IMG/VR virus record: IMGVR_UViG_3300028394_000040
Length of the DNA: 64,000 nt
Direction: 5' to 3' (one strand)
From: a virus
Positions 37,850 to 47,195 of this stretch are shown here, piece after piece (the first letter of the stretch is position 1; each line of letters opens with the position of its first letter). The notes below the pieces were generated by a model. The model saw nothing but the letters and a program-made list of their open reading frames with translations, searched no databases and had not been told where the DNA came from. The position numbers and the translations under genes were made by a program.

Positions 37850-38007
37850 CTGTAGTAGATGGATTCGAACCACCAAGTGGACTTTAGGAACAAAACATGA
37901 TTGATGGTCAACCTCCACCGGGTGATATCCCGATTGTATTTTGTCTTTATCAGTTGTTCCACGTCCCCGAGACAGGAGGATGCGTAGGCCAGTTCCGCCA
38001 CACTACA
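37850..38007 (-). tRNA. tRNA-Asp(GTC) with an 89-nt variable-arm insertion
   Basis: acceptor TGTAGTG/TACTACA with G discriminator; anticodon arm TCCTC-CTGTCTC-GGGGA; T-arm GGTGG-TTCGAAT-CCATC. Confidence 0.75.
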
Positions 38008-38011
38008 GTAA

Positions 38012-38122
38012 GTATAGGAAAGTAGAAGATGGGTGCGTGGACATCTACTTTTACGATTGGCGTTTCTTACCGGTCGTATCCGCCCTTTCTACAGTTAAAG
38101 GATACATTCCAATCAACCTAAT
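38012..38122 (-). ncRNA. putative structured ncRNA upstream of the tRNAs
   Basis: helices TAGG/CCTA, GATTGG/CCAATC, GTATCC/GGATAC and AAAGTAGA/TCTACTTT. Confidence 0.5.
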
Positions 38123-38176
38123 AACACAAAAGGGGACTAGCCCCTATTATGTTACTAAAATTAAAAAAAGCAAAAA

Positions 38177-38596
38177 TTAAAAAACTATCTTTTCTAGTTT
38201 ATAAGTTAAACCAAGACCAGGAGTAAAGCTACTTCCTACTAAGTTTCCTATAACCCAAATCTTTAAACCTTCCGATTTCAATGGTGCATACCCTACCCAA
38301 ACATTAGGCTTTGTAACCCCTCCTTGTGGCTGTATACCTGCTCCTAGCATTAATCTTTCTCCTGAGAACATTCTTATTACGCCTAGTTTCATGCTGCTTC
38401 CGAAGCTACCAGTTTTAGTACTTATCATCGGATCTTCATTGTATAAAAACCCAGTGTAAATACCCCATCCTTTTTTTACGTACCCAGCTGTTAAATAGCC
38501 GTCACCGCTTTTATTAGTAGCGGAACCAAAGAATTCCTGTGCGTTAGCTACTAAGCTTGAGCATAGAATTAAAGCAATAAATAATAATTTTTTCAT
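38177..38596 (-). CDS. small predicted outer-membrane beta-barrel protein
   Basis: signal peptide; Gly/aromatic amphipathic strands; terminal F. Confidence 0.6.
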   Translation of the reverse strand: MKKLLFIALILCSSLVANAQEFFGSATNKSGDGYLTAGYVKKGWGIYTGFLYNEDPMISTKTGSFGSSMKLGVIRMFSGERLMLGAGIQPQGGVTKPNVWVGYAPLKSEGLKIWVIGNLVGSSFTPGLGLTYKLEKIVF

Positions 38597-38617
38597 AATT
38601 ATGTTTTAGTATAAATA

Positions 38618-38956
38618 TCAAAGATTTACCTCAGTAGGGATAATCCTATCTAGTGAATCTTTTTCAATAATAGATTTTAGAACCTTTATTTTTTGTCTTG
38701 TCTCTTTTAATCTACCTTTGGCCATTATTTCCCTTTCATGTAATTTTGATGACTCTACTGTTTTTTTAGCTTTATCATCAACAGATACTTCTGTCCACAT
38801 TTTTTGGTAATCAACAGTCTTAAGCTCTGAAAGGTATTTCTGCTCGTTTGTGATTTCTGTAGATAGTTTCTGCCTATAAAAATTCATTTCGACATTAGCA
38901 TTCGATGTTCCTGCTATTATACCAAGTGTAACTAATAGTTTATTTAACTCAAACAT
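38618..38956 (-). CDS. secreted coiled-coil protein
   Basis: signal-like N-terminus. Confidence 0.45.
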   Translation of the reverse strand: MFELNKLLVTLGIIAGTSNANVEMNFYRQKLSTEITNEQKYLSELKTVDYQKMWTEVSVDDKAKKTVESSKLHEREIMAKGRLKETRQKIKVLKSIIEKDSLDRIIPTEVNL

Positions 38957-39043
38957 AATACATTTCTGTTTAGTTTACCTGTAAATATAATTACCCTTTA
39001 AAATAAAACCTACTATACAGTTAACTTTGCTCTATTATAATTA

Positions 39044-40687
39044 CTAGTAACCTACCTGCATATTAGAATTTTCCTCCTCTTTTTCATCTTTTTTCTCAAA
39101 GATTACAGATTCCGTTGTAAGGATCGTACCTGCTACGGAAGAGGCATTTTCTAAAGCTAACCGTGTTACCTTTACTGGATCGATAATTCCTGCTTCTCTT
39201 GCATCAACTACTAATCTTGTTTTAACATTTAAAGTAGCATTTTTTTCTGTTGAAGTAAGAACCTCATACAAAAACTTATATGGATTATCTTCACCAGAAT
39301 TTTCTAATATTTTCTGGAATGGTGCATAGCAAGCAGATTTTATAATTGCTTTAGCAAGAGTATCTTCAAATGAGACTACGTCTTTCGTGTTCTCCTCAAT
39401 GATATTAAATGCTTTGATTAATGCTATTCCTCCACCCTCGACAGTTCCTTCTGCTAAAGCTGCTTTAGTTGCAAACAATGCATCTTCTACTCGGTCTTTC
39501 TTTTCTTTAATTTCGATCTCACTATTACCTCCTACAGAAATGACAGCAACACCTCCAATTAACTTTCCTAAACGTTCTTGAAGCTTTTCTTTTTCGAAAT
39601 TAGAAGTAGCTTTATCTATCTGCTCTTTAATTTCTTCAGCTCGTACTTTAATATCTTCTTCTTCCCCATGGCCGTCTACTATAGTTGTTGACTCTTTATC
39701 TACCGTAACTGTTCTGGCTTTACCTAAAAACTGATCTAATTGATTAGCTGGTAGTTTATCTAACTTAATACCTTTTTCTTTTGAAAGAACTTGTCCTCCT
39801 GTCAAGACAGCCATATCTTCTAAAAGTAGAGTACGTCTTTCACCAAAATCAGGTGCTTTAACAGCTACTACTTTAGCAATGCCTCGCATTTTATTAACAA
39901 TAAGAACAGCTAATGCTTCGTCACCGAAATCATGAGCAACGAGAAGAAGCGCTTTATTCTCGGCATTTGCTTTAGTAAGAACTTGTAGAAGCTCCGCAGC
40001 AGTAGAAATGTTACCATCGTACATAAAAATATACGCATCTTCTAAAACCGCTTGCATAGTATTGTTATTTGTAACAAAATAAGGAGATTTATATCCTTTA
40101 TCGAATTGCATACCCTCTACAATCTCTAATTGAGTTTCTCCAGATTTAGATTCTTCTAACGAAACTAACCCATCACGTCCTACAGCATCTAATGCAGAAG
40201 ATATTAAGTCTCCTATTTCTTCATCGTTGTTACCTGAGATTACAGCTACTTGACGTATTTGATCTTCAGAATCTATACTTAATGAAGCTTTCTTTAACTC
40301 AGCTACAACAAGCTTTACATACTTGTCTATACCTTTTTTAATTTCTACCGGATTAGTTCCTTGAGTAATAAGTTTTAAACCCTCTTGTACCATTACTGTT
40401 GTCAGTAACGTAGATGTTGTTGTACCGTCACCAGCTTCATTAGCCGATTTAATAGCTACTTGCTTTACTAACTGAGCTCCTATGTTCTCGATTTCATCTT
40501 CTAATTTAGCAAAAGCCTTTGCAACTGATACACCGTCTTTAGTTACACGTATACCTGAAGTTGAATCATCTATAAGAACAGTTCTACCTGAAGGTCCTAA
40601 TGTTGAACTAACTGAGTGATTTAATTTTTGAATACCCGATAAAAGCTTTGATTTTAATTCGGTTCCTGATAATGATATTGTTGACAT
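39044..40687 (-). CDS. groEL: chaperonin GroEL
   Basis: TLGPSGR, TKDGVSVA, AGDGTTT, GMQFDKGY, KAPDFG, IIDPVKVTR. Confidence 0.97.
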   Translation of the reverse strand: MSTISLSGTELKSKLLSGIQKLNHSVSSTLGPSGRTVLIDDSTSGIRVTKDGVSVAKAFAKLEDEIENIGAQLVKQVAIKSANEAGDGTTTSTLLTTVMVQEGLKLITQGTNPVEIKKGIDKYVKLVVAELKKASLSIDSEDQIRQVAVISGNNDEEIGDLISSALDAVGRDGLVSLEESKSGETQLEIVEGMQFDKGYKSPYFVTNNNTMQAVLEDAYIFMYDGNISTAAELLQVLTKANAENKALLLVAHDFGDEALAVLIVNKMRGIAKVVAVKAPDFGERRTLLLEDMAVLTGGQVLSKEKGIKLDKLPANQLDQFLGKARTVTVDKESTTIVDGHGEEEDIKVRAEEIKEQIDKATSNFEKEKLQERLGKLIGGVAVISVGGNSEIEIKEKKDRVEDALFATKAALAEGTVEGGGIALIKAFNIIEENTKDVVSFEDTLAKAIIKSACYAPFQKILENSGEDNPYKFLYEVLTSTEKNATLNVKTRLVVDAREAGIIDPVKVTRLALENASSVAGTILTTESVIFEKKDEKEEENSNMQVGY

Positions 40688-40691
40688 ATTT

Positions 40692-40997
40692 TTATTTTAT
40701 AACTCCTAAAATTTCTGATTCTTTAATGATAATATAATCTTCTCCTTCTACGCTTACTTTCATAGCTGCCATTTTCGGTATTAGTACCTTATCTCCAGGT
40801 ATTAAAATAGAAGCTACGCTTTCTCCTAAATTCCAGTTATATGAAGGGCTGGACGATACTACTACTCCCATTTCAGGTCTCTCTTTACCCATATCAGGTA
40901 AAACGATATTCCCGTAAGTCATTTCCGACTCTTCAACAGGTTTTAAAATAACATTACCGTTCAATGGGGTAATTGACGAAACTACTTGTTCTGACAT
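40692..40997 (-). CDS. groES: co-chaperonin GroES
   Basis: PLNGNVILKP, GNIVLPD, GDKVL, IIKESEILG; adjacent to groEL. Confidence 0.93.
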   Translation of the reverse strand: MSEQVVSSITPLNGNVILKPVEESEMTYGNIVLPDMGKERPEMGVVVSSSPSYNWNLGESVASILIPGDKVLIPKMAAMKVSVEGEDYIIIKESEILGVIK

Positions 40998-41000
40998 ATA

Positions 41001-41195
41001 TTAATTGTTTAATGTTTCTGTATAATCGATATCTGGTACTATTTCTAAAAAATACATCTGTCCTTCTTTCAAGAGAACTGTGTCTGCCCCTAATCGGTCT
41101 TTCCAGTATTCAACGTCTGCGTTTAAATCTTGTCTGATTATTTTTTTCAGGATATACAACCTATCGTTAAAGTTAACGAATTGAGATTTAAACAT
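41001..41195 (-). CDS. hypothetical protein
   Basis: ORF with TATTTATA upstream. Confidence 0.55.
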   Translation of the reverse strand: MFKSQFVNFNDRLYILKKIIRQDLNADVEYWKDRLGADTVLLKEGQMYFLEIVPDIDYTETLNN

Positions 41196-41238
41196 AACTA
41201 CTTATATCTTTTATATAAATATATAAAATTTAACTAAA

Positions 41239-43554
41239 CTAGTGCCCATCTCTAAAATTTTTCGCAATTGCAGGAGGTGCTTTTAATGTTACCCCTTCTA
41301 GCTTAGTAGTGTTTTCCATTAAGTCTTGAACGAATTCGGCTACTTCATGTGCGTACTCTTCAGGTACGTTTACTACTAACTGGTCATGCACTTGAGCCTG
41401 TACACGTCCATCTATACCTCTCTTTATTAACTCTCTATTAATAGCTACAGCAGCTCGGTTAACTACGGCGGCAGCTAAACTCTGTAATTGGTAATTTAAA
41501 CAGTTGTTTAATCCGTTACGATAATCTCTGTAAACATTAGTTACTTGCTCTCTTCCATATTGGTCTTCTAAATCTTTTCTAGCTCTCCAATCTAAAATAG
41601 CATCACCCATTAAGTCGTGAATTTTTTTAACAGAAGGTAAATGACGAATACGTCCTACCTTATTACTAATATAACCATGCTCTTTAACAAACTTTCTAGA
41701 CTCTTCTCTCCAACGTTTTAAGTCTGGGAATCCATCTAAATAACCTTGTACAAGTACGTCTGCTTCTTTTTGACTGATCTCTAACGTCTTACTCAGAGCA
41801 AACGATTCCATACCGTATGCAATACCTAATGAGTAAGCTTTAGCTTTATTACGTTTAACCGGGTCTACTTTCTTTAAAAAGTTATCTGCTTTCTTATCAG
41901 CACTAACTCCTTCTAGTTTTTCAGTACGAATAGCTACAGTAGAATAAAAATCATGGTTCTTATTAAAGATCTCTCTTAAATTTTCATCACCAGTTACCGA
42001 AGCAAAGCAGTGAGGTTCTAAAGATTCGTAGTCACAATCGATAAGTATTCGACCTTCTTCTGCTATTAAGAATGCCCTTACTACATTATTATAATGAACT
42101 ATTATAGGTGCAGCTTCTCCATCCTCTTTAGGTTTAGGTAACTGTTGCATATCAGAACCATACCTTCCTGATACAGTTCCGTTTTGCTTAAAGTAAAAGT
42201 AGTACCTACCATCTTCGTGTCTGTCGAAAAACCTATCTACGTAAGTTGACTTTACTTTAAGAAGCTTATTATATATACGTAAATTCTCAGCCCAAGGATG
42301 GTCTTTAGATATCGATTCAATCATATCATCATCGAATTGAGCTTTTCCTTTTGTTGTTGTTGATAATGGTGTTACCCCAAGAACATCAAAAGCTATTTTG
42401 CCTAATTGGTCTTTAGATTGAATATTAAAAAACTTACCTTCATTCTCCTCTTTCCATAACTCTAAGCTAACTTTTAATCTAGTGTTTTGAGGTAAGAATT
42501 TCTCATCACCAGATATTAAAAAATCCTTTATAGCAGATTCTGGTAAAGTTAGTAATGAAGCTTTATTTAAAACATACTTATTAGATTTATCTGATTTAGG
42601 TAGGTCAATGCCTTCTAAGTCACATAGTTTTTGAGCGTAAGTACCTTTGTTATTGCAAGGATAACTCGCAACAGCGGTCTGGATAACCCAAGCTCTTACA
42701 TCGTCAATTTTTAATAATTCTTCTGCAACTAACTTACTATGCTTTAATAAATCTGCCTCTATATCTATTTTAGTTTTCTGCAATAAATCTAGGTCTACCT
42801 TTACTCCAAACTCCTCCATTGGTATAGTTACTTCTTTGTAGATAGGCATTACCTCATCTACGTAAAAGAAATCTACTAAATTCTCTTCTATTAATACTTT
42901 AGAGAAGTGATTAAATATTCTTAAAGTTAAGTCTGTATCAGCTGCAGCATATTCTGATAATATATGTAAGTCTGCTTTATAGATTTCGTAATTAGTCTTA
43001 GTAATAGACCCACCGTTACGTTTAATATTCTCTTTTAGTATTAACTGCTCTTCGTTAGCTTTAGTCTCAATATCTAAACCTATCTCTCTCTGTACCATAA
43101 TAGCAATTTCCTTGAGACCAAAAGGTTTACCACCAAAACCAAAAGCTCCTTCTTCCTTTACCGTATGAACTAATAAAGCCGTATCTGCATGTAAGGAAGG
43201 AATTAAATCTTCACCGTAGAAGTTTTTAGTAAAACGACCGTCAAAAGAAGCATTATGCATAATTAACTTCTTACCGTGAAGTAAACTTAAGGTTTTCTTA
43301 GCTAATGCATGACAGCCGTGACCATCTATTTCACACTCAACTAACTCTTCCTTGTTTCTATCCCATACCATAGTAGGCATATAGAAACCTATACCTTCAT
43401 CACCAGACACAGAGAAACCAATAATCTTTCCTTTACGGACATTAAGACTATTGGTCTCGGTATCGTATGCGATATACTCACTCTCTTTTATATGCTGAAC
43501 TAAAAGTTCAAGAGTAGCTCTATCAGTAACGGTATAATACTTCTTCTCTATCAT
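41239..43554 (-). CDS. polA: family A DNA polymerase with 3'-5' exonuclease
   Basis: Exo motifs YDTET, HNASFD, YAAAD; polymerase motifs A DYESLE, B RNKAKAYSLGIAYG, C QVHDQ. Confidence 0.95.
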   Translation of the reverse strand: MIEKKYYTVTDRATLELLVQHIKESEYIAYDTETNSLNVRKGKIIGFSVSGDEGIGFYMPTMVWDRNKEELVECEIDGHGCHALAKKTLSLLHGKKLIMHNASFDGRFTKNFYGEDLIPSLHADTALLVHTVKEEGAFGFGGKPFGLKEIAIMVQREIGLDIETKANEEQLILKENIKRNGGSITKTNYEIYKADLHILSEYAAADTDLTLRIFNHFSKVLIEENLVDFFYVDEVMPIYKEVTIPMEEFGVKVDLDLLQKTKIDIEADLLKHSKLVAEELLKIDDVRAWVIQTAVASYPCNNKGTYAQKLCDLEGIDLPKSDKSNKYVLNKASLLTLPESAIKDFLISGDEKFLPQNTRLKVSLELWKEENEGKFFNIQSKDQLGKIAFDVLGVTPLSTTTKGKAQFDDDMIESISKDHPWAENLRIYNKLLKVKSTYVDRFFDRHEDGRYYFYFKQNGTVSGRYGSDMQQLPKPKEDGEAAPIIVHYNNVVRAFLIAEEGRILIDCDYESLEPHCFASVTGDENLREIFNKNHDFYSTVAIRTEKLEGVSADKKADNFLKKVDPVKRNKAKAYSLGIAYGMESFALSKTLEISQKEADVLVQGYLDGFPDLKRWREESRKFVKEHGYISNKVGRIRHLPSVKKIHDLMGDAILDWRARKDLEDQYGREQVTNVYRDYRNGLNNCLNYQLQSLAAAVVNRAAVAINRELIKRGIDGRVQAQVHDQLVVNVPEEYAHEVAEFVQDLMENTTKLEGVTLKAPPAIAKNFRDGH

Positions 43555-43588
43555 GTCTAAATATAGATTGAAATATTTAAAAAAACAA

Positions 43589-43912
43589 CTACACTTCTTC
43601 TAAAATACCATCTTTAGCAAGTAGTATTAACCTAGGATGTAACGATGTTCCTTTTTTAACTAAAACTGTGTTACCTACTCTATACTGCACTCCTTCTATA
43701 ATGGCATCTTTTAAAAATCTTACTTGACGAGTAGTTTCTTCGTATGGAAATAACTCGTTTAGATACTCCCTACGTTCCTTACATCCACAACCTTCAGCTC
43801 CTGCTAACTTAGCTACAGCATCAGCTAATCTATCTATTCCTAGAAAGTTAGTTACTTTTGCTATAGAATCTCCAAAGCCAGTAGAAGGTTTAGTAGAATC
43901 AAAATCGTTCAT
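43589..43912 (-). CDS. conserved phage protein
   Basis: GFGDSIAKVT...GCGCKERREYLNELFPY. Confidence 0.65.
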   Translation of the reverse strand: MNDFDSTKPSTGFGDSIAKVTNFLGIDRLADAVAKLAGAEGCGCKERREYLNELFPYEETTRQVRFLKDAIIEGVQYRVGNTVLVKKGTSLHPRLILLAKDGILEEV

Positions 43913-43914
43913 TA

Positions 43915-44490
43915 TTATCTCTGTCTATCGTATTGAAATTGTCCGTTGTAAAGATTCTCTACAGCTACTTCATCGCAATGGTGAAAGTAAATTTGAGCAA
44001 CTCTAGCATCACACTCTATAAATAGCGTACAGTTAACTGTGAGAATACATCCCATGTTCGATGTTTCGAAACCAGGGTCAAAAACAGAACTATGCATTAC
44101 AGCTCCATTCCTTAATAAAGAAGATCTTTGACGAATAAAACCTGCTAGATTAGAAGGTATTTTGCACCCTTCCCAAAACGTAATATCATACACTCCTTCG
44201 TAAAGTAAATAACCTTCTTTACCTTCTATCTTCTTGGTCTCAACAGGTCTGTATACATTCAACTCAGTCTTATCTTTAAAAATAAAACCTATCTGCGGTT
44301 GATTAGAAATGTAATGTCTCGGGTCAGAAATATTCCAATTGACATTACCTATAGCATTAATCGACTTAACTGATAAGTCGTAACCTACTTGTGCTGGTTT
44401 ACCTTTGCTATCCTCTAACTTAAGTATACCTTTTTCTATTATTTGTTCGGCGTTTAACATTTGCTTAATTTTTAGTTTTATAAAGCGCAA
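43915..44490 (-). CDS. dut: trimeric dUTPase/dCTP deaminase family protein (likely start 44460)
   Basis: GYDL, RSSLLRNG, FDPGF, ARVAQ. Confidence 0.8.
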   Translation of the reverse strand: MRFIKLKIKQMLNAEQIIEKGILKLEDSKGKPAQVGYDLSVKSINAIGNVNWNISDPRHYISNQPQIGFIFKDKTELNVYRPVETKKIEGKEGYLLYEGVYDITFWEGCKIPSNLAGFIRQRSSLLRNGAVMHSSVFDPGFETSNMGCILTVNCTLFIECDARVAQIYFHHCDEVAVENLYNGQFQYDRQR

Positions 44491-45109
44491 CAGATGAACA
44501 CATTTCTAAGAAATACTCTTCAGTCCAATTAGACTTTAATTTATTAATATCCTTATGAACCCATTGTACGTTACCAGTAATGTAACCTTTAGTACTGTCT
44601 ATCCTATCTAAAGACGCCGTATTTTTTTGATATCCGTTTTTATTTAAACTACCTAAAGATACGTCCAAAACTATATCGAAACCTGACAATGCACATATTC
44701 CTCTTTGTTTTTCAAATAATTCCCAGATCTCTTCTATTTTAACTGAAAATTCTAAATTCCTACTTTTAGCTCCGTTTTGAATAACTCGCCACATATCACC
44801 TGATATGTCTTTATAACCTTTCCAAATTTTCGATCTCCTTAGTACTCTCTGTTCTACATTTTCGAACTGTTTATACGCGGTAAGTTTTCTAGTTTCAATT
44901 AACTTTATTGCTTTCTCTTCTCCATACCTTTCGATATAGGATTTACCTTTGCTAAATTTTGAAATTGCTTCTACTGTTTCTCTAGAAGTCATTTTTGCGT
45001 TTGGAAACAGCCTTAAATATTCAGCCAACTCTAACCCGTGTTTATCCCTTAAATGAGTATTAGTAACTTTCTTAAATTTAACTTTACATATATTGCATGT
45101 TACCATCAC
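44465..45109 (-). CDS. HNH-type homing endonuclease with N-terminal Zn finger
   Basis: CNIC..H...H; CALSG, ASLDRIDSTKGYITGNVQWVHKDIN. Confidence 0.8.
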   Translation of the reverse strand: MMVTCNICKVKFKKVTNTHLRDKHGLELAEYLRLFPNAKMTSRETVEAISKFSKGKSYIERYGEEKAIKLIETRKLTAYKQFENVEQRVLRRSKIWKGYKDISGDMWRVIQNGAKSRNLEFSVKIEEIWELFEKQRGICALSGFDIVLDVSLGSLNKNGYQKNTASLDRIDSTKGYITGNVQWVHKDINKLKSNWTEEYFLEMCSSVALYKTKN

Positions 45110-45153
45110 TTTCTTTCTATATAAATAGTGGTGTTAACACACAAAACGAAAAC

Positions 45154-45864
45154 CTACTCAGAAATTTTATAACTTCTCGTAAACTCATAGAATTCTGCTC
45201 TTGCTGAATCTTCATCTAAGAAGCATCCTGATAGTTTTGCTGTTTTCATGGATGCTCCGTGATGTTTGACACCCCTGCAGGAAACACATGCATGAGTCGC
45301 TTCGATCAAAACGGCTACACCTTGATTCCCTTCGCAGATTTTATTTACTGCATTGTGAATAGCTACTGTTAACTGCTCTTGGATAGCGCCTCGTCTCCCA
45401 AAGTTCTCAACGATTCTATTAAGCTTTGATAAGCCTACTACCCTACCGTTTTCAGAAGCAATATATGCTATATGTACTTTACCTTTTATTAAGCCGTGAT
45501 GATGACTACACATAGAAACCAGTGGAATACCGCCCTCAAAAACGATTCATGTATATCCATCGCTAGGGAATGCAGTAACTTTATCTAAAGGTTCATAACG
45601 ACCAGCCCATAAATGATTAACGTAGGCTTTAGCTACTCGATGAGGAGTTTCGGATGAGTTTGGATCGTTTTCCCAATCACATCCTAAAGCAGATAAGAAC
45701 CAACCGAACGCTTCAGCAGCATCTTCGATAATTATTTGCTTATCTAAATCAGTTAAACGAGCTTCAGGGCCGTTAATTGCTTGTTTGGCTGCCAATTGCG
45801 TTGATATACCATTAGCGAATCCTGCTTGAACTAGTTCAGTTCCTTCAATAAATTTTTTTGACAT
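45154..45864 (-). CDS. folE: GTP cyclohydrolase I with one in-frame TGA at 45547-45549
   Basis: ETPHRVAKAY...DGYT*IVFEGGIPLVSMCSHH...GLSKLNR...IQEQLT...HACVSCRG, all in one frame. Confidence 0.88.
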
Positions 45865-45897
45865 TTGTGTTTGTTTTTAAGTGGTGCTACGACACTA
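45865..45897 (-). promoter_or_regulatory. candidate preQ1-I-like riboswitch aptamer
   Basis: AGTG-TCGTAGCAC-CACT-TAAAAACAAACAC immediately 5' of the folE ATG. Confidence 0.45.
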
Positions 45898-45917
45898 CAT
45901 AACCGAAAGTAAAGTTA

Positions 45918-46340
45918 TTACTTTTTTAAATAATCTTGTATAGTTTCTGAATCTTTATTTTCCCAAGGGAAAACTATCCATGCATTAGAATCAATTGACT
46001 CTGCATAATATTCTGGAATATATTTAGAATTAGTTCTCCAAAGTAGGCTTGCAGTAGTAAATCCACAGTAATGAAAATCTACAAAAGTTTGACCAGAATC
46101 GCATATGTCATCAATAAGCAATGTCTTAGCCCTAATGTCTTCCTTTAACATTATAGCATCTTCTACAGATAAAAATTCTATACCAAGCTTATGTGATAGG
46201 AGTACTGCCGGTATTAATCCACCTCTAGCAGGACCTGTAACATACTTCAAATTTTTATTTAACAATACCCATTTTTCGATAGCATATATGTACTCCTCTA
46301 CTCCCGACCATGACAGGTGAATTTTATCTGGTGTTTCCAT
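45918..46340 (-). CDS. type I purine phosphoribosyltransferase (Gpt-like)
   Basis: RGGLIPA; PRPP motif LLIDDICDSGQT; WIVFPWE. Confidence 0.88.
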   Translation of the reverse strand: METPDKIHLSWSGVEEYIYAIEKWVLLNKNLKYVTGPARGGLIPAVLLSHKLGIEFLSVEDAIMLKEDIRAKTLLIDDICDSGQTFVDFHYCGFTTASLLWRTNSKYIPEYYAESIDSNAWIVFPWENKDSETIQDYLKK

Positions 46341-47194
46341 TATACATTAAGTATGCGATCCCAAGCTGAAATGTGCAAACGAGTCAAGCCTGTAAATTTA
46401 TATTTCTTAGCCATTTCCAATACAAATTGAGTACGCTCATGAAAATCATCCTGACTGTCTAGACCTGGCATACAAACTACATTCTTTAAAGGAATGTTAA
46501 ATGGCTCAACGAAATCGCGGAATACTTCTTTAACATCTTCTTCATTAGAGATAACAAACTTAAATTGATAGTTTTGATGCTTCATTATCTGCTCTATAAC
46601 TTCTGGCTTAATACGCTGCTTTACAGTCATACCTGAGTTCTCTAATTTAGGAGAGCAATTAATTTGAGTTAGCCGTACGAACATATCCGGTGAAAATTCT
46701 ACAGTACCGTTAGTTTCAATTTCATTATAAACAAGAAAATCTACTTTTAATAAACCATTACTATAGGATTCGTACTTTGCCCAGTAGTCAATAAAGTTTA
46801 TAATAGCTTCTTGATGTTTTTTCATTGCGGGTTCTCCACCTGTCCAAATTAAATGGATAGTTCCATTTAAAATATCATCGTAGATACCTTGCTCTTTCCA
46901 AGTATCTATTAAGTATTGGAAGTCTTTATTTTCCCCTCTCCATGCCCATTGTGAAGTACTATCACAAGTCCATGTTGCTTTACCTTCTAATTCTAAATCT
47001 CCTTTAAAGATTTCACCATCGGCAAGTTCTTTGCCGTTAATTAAGTTCTTTAAAAATCTAGTAGACATACCACAAGTCAAGTTACACAAACCTAAACGGA
47101 TAAAGTAAGAAGGTACTCCTGTAGATTTTCCTTCGCCCTGTACTGAGTAGAAGTCAGAACTTATTAATAATTTGTTAGGATCTATAGTAGACAT
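46340..47194 (-). CDS. queE: 7-carboxy-7-deazaguanine synthase (radical SAM)
   Basis: SVQGEG, FIRLGLCNLTC...CDS, TGGEP, ETNGT, SPKL, RLH. Confidence 0.93.
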   Translation of the reverse strand: MSTIDPNKLLISSDFYSVQGEGKSTGVPSYFIRLGLCNLTCGMSTRFLKNLINGKELADGEIFKGDLELEGKATWTCDSTSQWAWRGENKDFQYLIDTWKEQGIYDDILNGTIHLIWTGGEPAMKKHQEAIINFIDYWAKYESYSNGLLKVDFLVYNEIETNGTVEFSPDMFVRLTQINCSPKLENSGMTVKQRIKPEVIEQIMKHQNYQFKFVISNEEDVKEVFRDFVEPFNIPLKNVVCMPGLDSQDDFHERTQFVLEMAKKYKFTGLTRLHISAWDRILNV

Positions 47195-47195
47195 A

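Noticed and set aside
37471-38180. ORFs 37471..37698, 37804..38001 and 37941..38180
   Set aside because: They overlap tRNA/ncRNA structures that explain the sequence better
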